From Chthonomonadales bacterium (GTDB lineage: Bacteria; Armatimonadota; Chthonomonadetes; Chthonomonadales; CAJBBX01), in contig JBBIPC010000001.1 of the NCBI GenBank assembly GCA_037443035.1, positions 128,001 through 192,000 on the forward strand: a DNA stretch of 64,000 nucleotides, given 5' to 3'. The notes under the pieces are model-generated. The model made no database searches. It saw only the letters and a program-made list of their open reading frames with translations, and was not told the origin of the DNA. The first letter of the stretch is position 1. Each line of letters starts with the position of its first letter. This document shows, one piece after another, positions 36,883 through 46,419 of the stretch. The translations under genes were made by a program, and so were the position numbers.

Positions 36883-37902
36883 TCACCAGTCGGCAGTATC
36901 CGCATCGAAAGCGCCCTTGTGATGCTGAATTCGGGGTGCCTTGCCTGAGAGCTTCACCTCGATGACGTCGAAACGACATTCCCGGTACGTGCCTCCGTAG
37001 TTGGCCAGGAAGGCACGTGCGGCCTGTGCGATGCGCCGACGCTGGGGATAGGAGACGATGTCCGGGGAAAGGTCGGCGATGTACTTGGACGAAGTCTTGA
37101 CCTCGACGAAGACTAGCGTATCATCGTCGAGACTGACGATGTCAATCTGATACCGACCAGACCGGTAGTCCGTCTCCAGGATCCGGTGGCCTATGCGCTC
37201 CAAGTAAAGTCGAGCAAGCGCTTCCCCACGCGCACCGCTGAGAGTTGGCATCGTCTCACCCTGTGGTAAGAAAGTCGCCTGCCCGAGGGCACGGCGTACA
37301 GGTTCGAAGGACCGGCGGTGCTCTGGCGAGGGTCCGAGCCGTTGGAGTGCTGCCAGATGCTCCGGAGTGGGATAACCCTTGTGCTGGGCGAAGCCGTAGT
37401 CAGGGTTTTCACAGTCGAGCTGCTCCATGATGCGGTCGCGGGTGACCTTGGCGACAATACTCGCGGCTGCGATGGACACGGAGGTAACGTCTCCCTTCAC
37501 GATTGCCTGATGTCGGATGGGTAGACTCGGTACCGGAAGGCCATCCACCAAGACGAAATCTGGGCGGGGTTCGCACGCTTCGTAGGCGCGGCGCATAGCC
37601 AGATGCGTGGCCCGAAGCACGTTCAGCGAGTCGATCTCCGCAGCCTCCGCCTTGCCGATGCCGATGGCAAGTGCCGTGGCTCGAATGGCGTCAAAGGCAG
37701 AGACCCTCGCTGAAGCGGTAAGTGTCTTCGAATCTGCAACGCCATCTAGCGAGATACCTAGAGGCAGGAGGACGCACGCAGCAACTACAGGGCCAGCCAG
37801 CGGGCCACGACCAGCCTCGTCCAGCCCGGCAACGCGTCCGTAACCTTCACGATGTGCGGCGAGCTCCGCGTCCCACGACGGTGTTCGGCTTGGCGTCACC
37901 AC
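36883..37902 (-). CDS. rnhB: Ribonuclease HII fused to YraN (UPF0102) domain
   Basis: GLDEAGRGPLAGPVVAA, DSK, LVDG, SIAAASIVAKVTRD, HKGYPT, HRRSF, then in frame GEALARLYL...IDIV..LVFVEVKT...CRFDVI. Confidence 0.92.
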   Translation of the reverse strand: MVTPSRTPSWDAELAAHREGYGRVAGLDEAGRGPLAGPVVAACVLLPLGISLDGVADSKTLTASARVSAFDAIRATALAIGIGKAEAAEIDSLNVLRATHLAMRRAYEACEPRPDFVLVDGLPVPSLPIRHQAIVKGDVTSVSIAAASIVAKVTRDRIMEQLDCENPDYGFAQHKGYPTPEHLAALQRLGPSPEHRRSFEPVRRALGQATFLPQGETMPTLSGARGEALARLYLERIGHRILETDYRSGRYQIDIVSLDDDTLVFVEVKTSSKYIADLSPDIVSYPQRRRIAQAARAFLANYGGTYRECRFDVIEVKLSGKAPRIQHHKGAFDADTADW

Positions 37903-37968
37903 TCCTCCTTCCGGTCAACGGGACCTCCCATCGAAGACAAAGCAGAGCTGGCATCCGGCCGCAGATTC

Positions 37969-38700
37969 TTAGTGGACGAAGCGGATACGCTGCAACGGCC
38001 AGAAGACCAGCAATGCCTTCCCGATGATCCGGTCTCGCGATAGCGTGCCCCAATACCTACTGTCGTTGCTGTTGTTACGGTTATCGCCCATGACGAAGTA
38101 CTGGCCCTTGCCCAGTGTCAGAGGACCCCGTGTGGCGTACATGGCGTCCATACGGTCCTGCATGGGCTCGGCCACGTAGGGTTCCTTTGCAGCGGTACCG
38201 TTGACGAAGAGCCTCAGCTCGCCATGTTCATCACGCTTCACCTCGAGCGTATCGCCCGGTACACCGACAAGGCGCTTGATCAGGATATTCTCCTGACGAT
38301 GCATCGGGTCGGCCTTGGTCTCGGCCCGGAAGACGATGATCTCTCCACGGTGTGGGTCCCTCAGTCGGTAACTCAGCTTATCCACGAATAGGTGATCGTG
38401 GCAGCTATCCGAGTAGCTGACACCTGTGCGGGAGATGCCCGCATCGTGCCCGCACAGTGTCGGCTCCATGGATTCGGTGGGGATGTAGAACGCCTGCACG
38501 AAGAACGGGCGGATGATCAAGAACACCAGCACGCTGGCGATGACGAGGGACTCCGCCAGCTCCGCCAGGGCACGGGCCACCGCAGCCCGGAATGGGACGA
38601 GAACGAGACGCACAACGGTGAGCGCGGCGGCTATCAACACGATCGTCGTCGTGCTGAGGTTGGCCAGATACTCCGTGACGCCTACTTCGTGGGGAGCCAC
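37969..38700 (-). CDS. lepB: Signal peptidase I
   Basis: IPTESMEPTL, LIKRLVGVPGD, YFVMGDNRNNSNDSRYWG. Confidence 0.95.
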   Translation of the reverse strand: MAPHEVGVTEYLANLSTTTIVLIAAALTVVRLVLVPFRAAVARALAELAESLVIASVLVFLIIRPFFVQAFYIPTESMEPTLCGHDAGISRTGVSYSDSCHDHLFVDKLSYRLRDPHRGEIIVFRAETKADPMHRQENILIKRLVGVPGDTLEVKRDEHGELRLFVNGTAAKEPYVAEPMQDRMDAMYATRGPLTLGKGQYFVMGDNRNNSNDSRYWGTLSRDRIIGKALLVFWPLQRIRFVH

Positions 38701-38794
38701 CGGTCATCCTTCGTCTGCGCAACAGAGGGGCCGGAGAAGCTGTGCACTTGGGCCCGGAGGCGCGCCGCGCTCATCTTACTGGCTCGGATCGTCG

Positions 38795-39169
38795 TCATGC
38801 CTCCTCTTGTTCGCCGTTGCGTACGCGACGGTCTTCCTTGATTCGAGCCTTCTTACCGACTACGTTGCGTAGATAGTAAAGCTTGGCCCTACGAACGCGG
38901 CCACGTCGCAGGATCTCGATTCGATCCACACGAGGCGAGTGAATAAGGAACGTCTTCTCCACACCGACGCCGTGGGATGTCTTGCGGAGTGTTACCGATG
39001 CGCGGTTGTTCGCGCCCCGGAGTGCGATGACTATTCCCTCGAACACCTGAATACGTTCCTTGCCACCTTCGATGACCTTGGCATGGACACGAGCTGTGTC
39101 ACCTGCGCGCAACGTCGGCGTCTTTTCCTTGCACTGTGCTTGCTCGATATCCGTGATTATCTTCGACAC
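38795..39169 (-). CDS. rplS: 50S ribosomal protein L19
   Basis: [32 protein letters not shown]. Confidence 0.97.
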   Translation of the reverse strand: MSKIITDIEQAQCKEKTPTLRAGDTARVHAKVIEGGKERIQVFEGIVIALRGANNRASVTLRKTSHGVGVEKTFLIHSPRVDRIEILRRGRVRRAKLYYLRNVVGKKARIKEDRRVRNGEQEEA

Positions 39170-39207
39170 AATCTATCTCCCTTCATCAAGTCATGGAACC
39201 CGGGCGG

Positions 39208-39933
39208 CTACGCCGGGCCATCCGCCAGAATCCTCAAGTCTTCCATCGTAACGCCTCGGCGTGCCCACAGGTCTGGCCGGAGGCGACGCGTCCGGTCCAA
39301 CTGCTGCCATCTTCGCCATCGCATGACGTCAGCATGATTGCCGTCAAGCAGAACCCTAGGTACCTGGACATGGCTGTAGATGCGAGGCTTGGTGTAGTGA
39401 GGCCAATCCAGGAGACCGTCTGCGAAACTATCGTGTTCCGGCGCTTCTGCCCAGCCCAGAACACCGGGTAGTAAGCGCGTTACTGCGTCCACGATGACGA
39501 GCGCCGCCAGTTCACCACCAGATAGGACGAAATCGCCAATCGAGTAGACGTGCGTGGCCAGGACGTCCTTGATCCGTTCATCCACACCCTCGTAACGACC
39601 GCATATGATCGCGACTCTATCGCACGAGGCGAGGTCTTCCGCAGCACGCTGTGTGAACCGCTGCCCCTGCGGGTCCGTCACGATGACTCGGTCGAGCTTG
39701 CCGGCGTGGCGGAGATGATGCAGGGCCTCGGCCACGGGCTGGAGCTTCATCACCATGCCGCCCCCGCCGCCATAGGGCGTGTCGTCGGTGGAGCGGTGAC
39801 TGTCATGCGTGTAACATCGGAGGTCTATGGCTCGCACTGCCAGCAGACCGGCGTCAAGAGCACGCCCCACCACTCCGTAGGAAAGAGCGTCGGTAATCAT
39901 CTGGGGGAATATGGTGAGAACACTCAGTTCCAT
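39208..39933 (-). CDS. trmD: tRNA (guanine37-N1)-methyltransferase
   Basis: DDTPYGGGGGMVM, CGRYEGVDER, SIGDFVLSGGE, PHYTKP. Confidence 0.97.
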   Translation of the reverse strand: MELSVLTIFPQMITDALSYGVVGRALDAGLLAVRAIDLRCYTHDSHRSTDDTPYGGGGGMVMKLQPVAEALHHLRHAGKLDRVIVTDPQGQRFTQRAAEDLASCDRVAIICGRYEGVDERIKDVLATHVYSIGDFVLSGGELAALVIVDAVTRLLPGVLGWAEAPEHDSFADGLLDWPHYTKPRIYSHVQVPRVLLDGNHADVMRWRRWQQLDRTRRLRPDLWARRGVTMEDLRILADGPA

Positions 39934-39960
39934 AGCGAGTTATCGGCGAGGTGCTGCCGA

Positions 39961-40491
39961 CTACCATGCCCCGTCGTTCGATGAAACCCCAGGCAACAGC
40001 CCGTCCGGCGGATCCACGGTGATGCGTCGGGCGGCGACGTCTATATCCAACACAATGGCGTGGACCATGGGTATCAGCGACTCGCCCACAAGCAACTGGT
40101 CATGACCGGGCGACTGGATGACGTCATTGACGAGACCGACGCACTGACCAGCCACGGTTACCACCTGCATGCCGATCAGATCGCTTACGTAGTAGCTGCC
40201 GTCCGGCAGGTGGACCGCATCTTGTCGCTTGATGCGAACCTCCGCGCCACGAAGGGCCTCTACGTCCTCGATAGTGTCGACCCCAACCACCTTCAGCAGT
40301 ACCGCGCCCTTGTGGAACCGCACGCCCTGGATCTCCATGACTCGCACGGGCTGCCCGGCCTGAACCAGTGCCACCTCTTCCACATCCCTGAACCGTTCGG
40401 GAAAATCCGTGAGGATTTCCGTCTTCATCTCTCCGCGGATACCGAAGGGCGCCACAACGCGGCCTATGGTCCAGTCCCACTGTGCATCCAT
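39961..40491 (-). CDS. rimM: Ribosome maturation factor RimM
   Basis: IGRVVAPFGIRGE, YYVSDLIG, PRC barrel; synteny. Confidence 0.93.
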   Translation of the reverse strand: MDAQWDWTIGRVVAPFGIRGEMKTEILTDFPERFRDVEEVALVQAGQPVRVMEIQGVRFHKGAVLLKVVGVDTIEDVEALRGAEVRIKRQDAVHLPDGSYYVSDLIGMQVVTVAGQCVGLVNDVIQSPGHDQLLVGESLIPMVHAIVLDIDVAARRITVDPPDGLLPGVSSNDGAW

Positions 40492-40503
40492 TGCACTATG
40501 ATC

Positions 40504-40746
40504 TCAAGCCGTGAACTCCACCTGCACGCGCCGGTGGCGTTTCATGGCGGCCGCACGAGCCACCAGACGCAACGCGGACGCGATCCGTCCCTGACGTCCA
40601 ATGACTTTGCCCATATCATCCGACGCCACGCGGACTTCGTACGTTGTGCCACCGCCGTCTTCATAGGCGGTAACACTGACAGCCTCGGGGTCGTCCACGA
40701 TACCCGAGACAACGCACGACAGGATGGCGGCTACAGGGTCTTCCAT
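40504..40746 (-). CDS. khpA: KH domain RNA-binding protein KhpA
   Basis: DMGKVIGRQGRIASALR; between rpsP and rimM. Confidence 0.9.
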   Translation of the reverse strand: MEDPVAAILSCVVSGIVDDPEAVSVTAYEDGGGTTYEVRVASDDMGKVIGRQGRIASALRLVARAAAMKRHRRVQVEFTA

Positions 40747-40753
40747 CGCTGGT

Positions 40754-41044
40754 CTAGACGGGCTGGCTATCGTCAGCAGAGGCGTTGGCGCCTGCAGCCG
40801 GTGGCAACACGCCTGCCTTTCGCAAGATAGCCCGGGTAATGTCGGTCGGTTGAGCGCCGACGCCGAGCCAGTATCGTGCTCGTTCTTCTTCCACCTTGAT
40901 CGTCGGTGGGTCGGTCCGCGGATCGTAGTAGCCCAGGATCTCTATGAACCTACCGTCTCGTGGGCTACGACTATCGCTCACTACCACGCGGTAGAACGCT
41001 CTGCCCCTCGATCCCATTCGGCGTAGCCGTATCTTTGTTGCCAA
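40754..41044 (-). CDS. rpsP: 30S ribosomal protein S16
   Basis: [36 protein letters not shown]. Confidence 0.97.
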   Translation of the reverse strand: MATKIRLRRMGSRGRAFYRVVVSDSRSPRDGRFIEILGYYDPRTDPPTIKVEEERARYWLGVGAQPTDITRAILRKAGVLPPAAGANASADDSQPV

Positions 41045-41107
41045 TGCTCTGCTCCTTCAGACGATAGTTGCCATCGAGGCAACGGTCCTGACTCGACGCA
41101 GTGTGGC

Positions 41108-42436
41108 TCAGATGGGCAGACGCAGACCACGCCGGCGTTTGCCGCGCCCCTGCGTACCCATCACTTGCCGTACCATCTGCCGCATATTTTCGAACTGACG
41201 CAGGAACTGATTCACATCCTGCACTGTCATACCGCATCCTGCCGCGATTCGCCGCTTGCGACTCCCACCGATGATGGAGGGATCCTCCCTTTCCTCCGGG
41301 GTCATCGATCTTACAATCGCTTCTTGCCGTCGGATCTGCCTCTCATCCACCTGCAGATCCTTCAGACGACTCATACCCGGGAGCATCCCGAGGACCTGCT
41401 CCAAGGGGCCCATCTTTCGTACCTGCTGCAACTGCTCCAGAAAGTCATTCAGATCGAAACGGTCTTCCCTGAGACGCCGCTCCATCTCCAGGGCGCGACG
41501 TTGATCCACGGCTTCCTCTGCCTTCTCGATAAGCGAGAGGACATCCCCCATGCCGAGGATTCTGGATGCCATTCTGTCGGGGTGAAACGCCTCTAAGTTG
41601 TCGAGCTTCTCGCCGACGCCAACGAACTTGATGGGTACTCCGGTGACGCTGCGAATCGACAGAGCAGCGCCTCCACGCGCATCCCCGTCCAGCTTCGTCA
41701 GTACGAAACCGGACACGGTTAGACGTTGGTGGAAATCGGCTGCGAAGGTCACCGCATCCTGACCGGTCATTGCATCCACGACGAGCAGGATTTCGTGCGG
41801 GGCCACCGCCTGCTTGACTAGGTCCAGCTCCTCCATCATCGCTTCGTCCACATGGAGGCGGCCGGCTGTGTCCACAATGACAACATCCCGGCCGTGTGTG
41901 GCCGCATGGCGTACAGCCTCGGCAGCTATCTCCGGTGGGCTCTGCTCGTCGGTCCCAGCGAAGACGGGTGCTCGCACCTGTTCGCCGAGGACTTCCAGTT
42001 GGCGGCGTGCAGCAGGCCGGTAGATATCGGCAGCAACGAGCAGGGCATGGCGTCCGTGCTTCCGAGTCCACTGGGCCAACTTGGCGCAGGTTGTGGTCTT
42101 GCCAGATCCTTGGAGACCGCATACCATGATCACGGTAGGCGGCTTAGGTGCAAAGGCAATTTGCGCGTTTGTGCCACCGAGCAGTTGCGTCAACTCTGCA
42201 TGAACGATACGGACGACAGTCTGCGCCCCCGTCAGGGTTTCGAATACCTCCTGACCTGTAGCGCGTTCGCGCACTCGCTGCAAGAAGTCCTTGGCAACTC
42301 TGTAGTTGACATCCGCTTCCAGCAGCGCAAGACGAACCTCCCGCAGCGCTTCGGCAACGTCCTGTTCGGTAAGGCGTCCTCTGCCGCGCAGGCGCGCAAA
42401 CACAGCTTGTAGCTTGTCGGTCAGGCTTTCAAACAA
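41108..42436 (-). CDS. ffh: Signal recognition particle protein Ffh
   Basis: GLQGSGKTTT, DTAGR, TKLDGDARGG, SMTPEER..GSRKRRIA. Confidence 0.98.
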   Translation of the reverse strand: MFESLTDKLQAVFARLRGRGRLTEQDVAEALREVRLALLEADVNYRVAKDFLQRVRERATGQEVFETLTGAQTVVRIVHAELTQLLGGTNAQIAFAPKPPTVIMVCGLQGSGKTTTCAKLAQWTRKHGRHALLVAADIYRPAARRQLEVLGEQVRAPVFAGTDEQSPPEIAAEAVRHAATHGRDVVIVDTAGRLHVDEAMMEELDLVKQAVAPHEILLVVDAMTGQDAVTFAADFHQRLTVSGFVLTKLDGDARGGAALSIRSVTGVPIKFVGVGEKLDNLEAFHPDRMASRILGMGDVLSLIEKAEEAVDQRRALEMERRLREDRFDLNDFLEQLQQVRKMGPLEQVLGMLPGMSRLKDLQVDERQIRRQEAIVRSMTPEEREDPSIIGGSRKRRIAAGCGMTVQDVNQFLRQFENMRQMVRQVMGTQGRGKRRRGLRLPI

Positions 42437-42552
42437 ACGATGACTCTCCGCGATGCATCACATTAGTGCCCGACGCACCGATCCCTCGGACTTGTGATTC
42501 GGTGCAATCGGGCACGAGACAGGTTGCGCAGTGTCCCACGAACCGGCCACAA

Positions 42553-42582
42553 AGTCTACCGCTTCTCGGCCCTCTAAGTCAA
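42553..42582 (-). promoter_or_regulatory. sigma70 promoter for the ffh operon
   Basis: Minus strand TTGACT (42582-42577), 18 bp, TAGACT (42558-42553). Confidence 0.65.
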
Positions 42583-42729
42583 CGTGCGTTCGCGGCCTGA
42601 GCGGCCCGGATGGACTACGACGCACAAGAGTACAGCAAAACCTGGCAGACACGGCGCAGGTAGCTCGGGGACTCCTGTCGAAATGACTCACCACGCTAGG
42701 TGCGTTCTCGGGAAAGGAGGTAACCGGGC

Positions 42730-44004
42730 ATGTCAACGCTCGCTATCCATGGTGGTCCGAAGACCATCACCGAGCCATTTCCGTCGAGCAAAGGTGGCGG
42801 TCCTGGGGTCTCACTGATCGGCGATGAAGAGTTCGCCGCCGTGAGGGAAGTGCTAGAAACCGGCCAACTGTTTCGGTTCCACCCCGAGAGCCGCGTCAGG
42901 GCATTCGAGCGTGAAGCGGCAGCATGGATCGGCACGAAGCGAGCTCTGATGGTGAATTCCGGTACCAGTGCTCTCATCTGCGCGCTTGCTGGTCTGGGGA
43001 TCGGTCCCGGCGATGAGGTGATCGTCCCTGCGTATACCTACATCGCAACTGCGGCGGCAGTAGTGGCTGTTGGCGCTGTGCCGATCATCGCGGAAATAGA
43101 CGAGAGCCTTGGCCTGGACCCGAACGATGTGGAGCGGAAAATCACGCTGCTGACTCGTGCCATCATTCCTGTTCACATGCAGGGCGTGCCGTGTCGACTC
43201 CGTGCGATCCTGGATGTGGCTGCAAGGCATGACCTGCTTGTGGTCGAGGATTGCTGTCAGTGCATCGGCGGACGGTACGATGGCCGCACGGTCGGCACTT
43301 TCGGGGCGGCTGGAGCATGGAGTCTGAACTACTTCAAGATCATCACGTGTGGCGAAGGGGGCCTAGTCTTCACTGACGACGAACGTGTCTACGAGCGAGC
43401 ATGTTTCGCTGCCGATCCGGCGCTACCCATGTGGATGAGGGATAGCATCCCTGCGGAAGGCTGGCTTACTCCGCCATTCTCCGCCCAGTGCTACCGCCCT
43501 AGTGAAATGCTGGGCGCAATCGCCTTGGTCCAATTGCGGAGACTGGACCGGATCCTGGAGCACCTGCGCGGACTGAAGCGAGCATTCATCGAGGCGCTCG
43601 CGCCCGGCCGCTGTTACGAGCTCCAACACGTCGATGATCCAGCAGGCGACTGCGGAGTCAGTGCTGCCATTCTAGTCCACGACGCCTCCCTGGCGCAGAG
43701 GTTTGCGGAAGCACTGACCGCTGAGGGGCTACCGTGCGGCACCGCCCACAACGAGGGATTCCCGGACCGACATATCTACCGCTACTGGGATTCGATCCTG
43801 CAGCAGAACTCCCATCATCCCGCAGCCGCTCCCTGGGCGCATCCTGCCTACACCGGTCGCGTGGAATACTCGCCCGATATGTGCCCTCGAACCCTCGACA
43901 TTCTGGGACGTGCACTACGCTTCGGGTTCACCATCACCATGGAACCGAAGCACGCACAGCTCATGGCTGAGGCGATCAACAAAGTAGATGCTGCCTTGGC
44001 CTGA
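42730..44004 (+). CDS. DegT/DnrJ/EryC1/StrS family PLP aminotransferase
   Basis: NSGTSAL, GPGDEVIVP, VEDCCQ, SLNYFKIITCGEGG; AAGGAGG SD. Confidence 0.92.
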   Translation: MSTLAIHGGPKTITEPFPSSKGGGPGVSLIGDEEFAAVREVLETGQLFRFHPESRVRAFEREAAAWIGTKRALMVNSGTSALICALAGLGIGPGDEVIVPAYTYIATAAAVVAVGAVPIIAEIDESLGLDPNDVERKITLLTRAIIPVHMQGVPCRLRAILDVAARHDLLVVEDCCQCIGGRYDGRTVGTFGAAGAWSLNYFKIITCGEGGLVFTDDERVYERACFAADPALPMWMRDSIPAEGWLTPPFSAQCYRPSEMLGAIALVQLRRLDRILEHLRGLKRAFIEALAPGRCYELQHVDDPAGDCGVSAAILVHDASLAQRFAEALTAEGLPCGTAHNEGFPDRHIYRYWDSILQQNSHHPAAAPWAHPAYTGRVEYSPDMCPRTLDILGRALRFGFTITMEPKHAQLMAEAINKVDAALA

Positions 44005-44023
44005 GGCGATTAGTTGGCAGGGG

Positions 44024-45055
44024 TTAGCGCAGGCTGGCCACGATTGCGTGCAGCAGGGCTGGTCGAACATTGCCGAACAGCGTGTAACTCCGCTCCGAGG
44101 AAGACCAGAACGCGACGCCACGGAAAGACCTCAGGGGCTTCCCCTGCGATGGTGTGGCTCGCGCAGACGCCCGGTCCCGCAATGGCCTCTGGCTCAAGAT
44201 GAGACTGTTAACGCCATCGGAATACCTGAGGAACACCGTGCGCGGGTTGCGACCTCCGACGACCCAAACACTGACCAAGTGGTACCGAGGAGGCAGGATG
44301 GGAGTCCGCACGCCGTAGCCCACCTCCTGCTCGGCTTCAGCTACGCTGCGTAGTGGACGTGTCGAGAGGATGGGCGCCAGGGCGCGCACGGGCGGCAGCG
44401 ACGCGGGCGCGAAGTCTGCGGGATTGAACGACGGTCGGTAGCTGATCCTCGTCATGTAAGACATGGCAAGCGTGTTGCCTGACGCATCCACTGTCTCATA
44501 CTTCAGGCGAACCCCGGTCTCATTGTCCAGCCAGAGCCGTTTGAAGGGGGAACCGTCTCCGGACCGGACTTCCACTACACCTGCCTCACGTCCGGCAACC
44601 AACTGTGTTCCTATATAGCGTGCTGCCACGCGTCCAACTCTGAGTGCTGTTCTCAGCTCGTCTCTTGCCGTGTCGCGCGCTGCATCGGGGATACCTCCTT
44701 CCACGATGCGAGGCGTAGGTCGCGCGATGAAGTTCAAGATGCGACTTCCCGCGATGAGCAGGATATTGCCCTCCAGGGCCGGCGGAGACAGATACTCGAT
44801 GCGCTGTCGTCTTGGTCCTGCATACTTCACAATCTGGCGGGATTCCAGGGCAGCAGGGCCGAATGTCTGGGTGACCTGAACAGCCTCGTATGGTGTGAAC
44901 TGACCGGCGGTAAGGTACCGGTGCAGGAGTTGAAGCGCCAGTCTCTCGCGAGCTGGTGGGCGGGGGAGAACTTGCGCCTGTGCGAAGCTGTGCGCAAGCA
45001 TGAAGCTTGCGCCGAGCGCAGTGATCAGCGTGCGGGAAAACGCAGTGCCGCGCAT
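44024..45055 (-). CDS. MucB/RseB-like periplasmic sigma-E regulatory protein
   Basis: Signal peptide; RIEYLSP, RLWLDNETGVRL, LRYSDGVNSL; follows the anti-sigma gene. Confidence 0.75.
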   Translation of the reverse strand: MRGTAFSRTLITALGASFMLAHSFAQAQVLPRPPARERLALQLLHRYLTAGQFTPYEAVQVTQTFGPAALESRQIVKYAGPRRQRIEYLSPPALEGNILLIAGSRILNFIARPTPRIVEGGIPDAARDTARDELRTALRVGRVAARYIGTQLVAGREAGVVEVRSGDGSPFKRLWLDNETGVRLKYETVDASGNTLAMSYMTRISYRPSFNPADFAPASLPPVRALAPILSTRPLRSVAEAEQEVGYGVRTPILPPRYHLVSVWVVGGRNPRTVFLRYSDGVNSLILSQRPLRDRASARATPSQGKPLRSFRGVAFWSSSERSYTLFGNVRPALLHAIVASLR

Positions 45056-45065
45056 CGCGACTTGG

Positions 45066-45557
45066 TCACCGGACGTCCTCGCTCTCGGCAGCAGCCGCCA
45101 CATGTGCAGTCAAGCTCGCTATGGCGACGTCTTCGAGCGGGTCTCCGGCTGCTAGCCCTACGGACTGCATGCTTGCCATACGCAGGTTGGTCTCTGCTTC
45201 AGCTTCGGTGAACTCCGACACCCTTTGCCTGGGGTTGGAAGTCAGTGCAAGCACTGCCACCGCGCATACCCCTGCCGCTACGAGACCCATGCGAGGCAGC
45301 GTAGCGGCAGACCACCGACAGCGCCGAGAACGTAGGCGGGATGCGGCGATTCGCGTCTCCACGCCGATCAGAAAGTCATCTCCGATAGGCGCAGTTGCTG
45401 GCATCCGCGCAGCCCGATGGATACGCGCCAGGTCAGATGCAAGTATGCTGCAGGACGGGCATGCATCGAGGTGGTTCTCCAGGTCTATCATCTCTTCCGC
45501 AGAGAGCTCCTGGTCCAGCCAGGCCGAGACCAATCGGTGAGCCTTCGCGCACGTCAT
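45066..45557 (-). CDS. ZAS-type (zf-HC2) transmembrane anti-sigma factor
   Basis: C...SAWLDQEL...HLDACPSC, single TM; ATGA overlap with sigma gene. Confidence 0.88.
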   Translation of the reverse strand: MTCAKAHRLVSAWLDQELSAEEMIDLENHLDACPSCSILASDLARIHRAARMPATAPIGDDFLIGVETRIAASRLRSRRCRWSAATLPRMGLVAAGVCAVAVLALTSNPRQRVSEFTEAEAETNLRMASMQSVGLAAGDPLEDVAIASLTAHVAAAAESEDVR

Positions 45558-46213
45558 GGAACCTGGTCCTCAGCTGAGTTACGGAATGCCGTGATGACCG
45601 CATCTCCACGTAGGTAGGGCAGCAGTGTCTCTCTCAAGGCCATTCTTGCGTGAAACAGACGGGACTTCACCGTGCCTAGTGGACACCGAACGACCGCTGC
45701 TACTTCGTCGTATCTCAGTCCTTCTACGTCGTGAAGCAGGAATACCGTCCGCAGCCGTTCGGGAAGCTTGCTAACAGCGGCCTGAATCAACTCGTGGAGT
45801 TCCTTTTCACCTAATACCACCGCGGGATCGGTCGTCGAGTCCGCGATCAACACTGAACTCGGCGATGCTTCGGAAGCGATGGCATCCAAAGGCAGCTGTC
45901 GTCCGACGATGCGTCTGGCCCTGCGCTTGTAGTCAATGCAAAGGTTCGTGGCGATACGAAAAAGCCACGTATGCAAGGTTGCGCGGCTCTCGAATGATCC
46001 CAGGGCAGAATAGGCGCGCACGAACGTCTCCTGCGCGAGATCCTCAGCATCCTCAGTGCATCCGACCATACCGCGGATGTAATTGTACACACGGTCCTTG
46101 TATCGAGCCACGATCTCGTTGAATGCCCGTCGATCGTCGCCCTGGCACCGTGTCACCAGCGCAGCATCACCGTCTGCCGCGGTGGGAAGTATCATCCCTG
46201 CGTCGTTCCCCAC
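45554..46213 (-). CDS. ECF sigma-70 factor (RpoE/SigW-like)
   Basis: DAEDLAQETFVRAY, TWLFRIATN, GTVKSRLFHAR. Confidence 0.95.
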   Translation of the reverse strand: MGNDAGMILPTAADGDAALVTRCQGDDRRAFNEIVARYKDRVYNYIRGMVGCTEDAEDLAQETFVRAYSALGSFESRATLHTWLFRIATNLCIDYKRRARRIVGRQLPLDAIASEASPSSVLIADSTTDPAVVLGEKELHELIQAAVSKLPERLRTVFLLHDVEGLRYDEVAAVVRCPLGTVKSRLFHARMALRETLLPYLRGDAVITAFRNSAEDQVP

Positions 46214-46246
46214 TCCTGGCTCGTCCTACTGGTCCTCACAGCAGTA

Positions 46247-46273
46247 TAGACGTCCGAATTGCCATATCGTTCA
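46247..46273 (-). promoter_or_regulatory. Putative autoregulatory ECF promoter
   Basis: Minus strand TGAAC (46273-46269), 16 bp, CGTCTA (46252-46247), directly upstream of the ECF gene. Confidence 0.6.
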
Positions 46274-46318
46274 CAGCCGGTCGCGGTGTTCGGTGTTCGT
46301 CATGCGTTGCAGCCTTGC

Positions 46319-46348
46319 TTGACTCGTGAACGCCTGGCATAATACAAT
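46319..46348 (+). promoter_or_regulatory. sigma70 promoter for the ParA module
   Basis: TTGACT (46319-46324), 18 bp, TACAAT (46343-46348). Confidence 0.6.
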
Positions 46349-46419
46349 GATGGTACGGGGAAGTGGACCGAAGACGCCTGTGGGCGGCAGTAGGCTGCGT
46401 TTTCCTCGATCCCGGGAGC

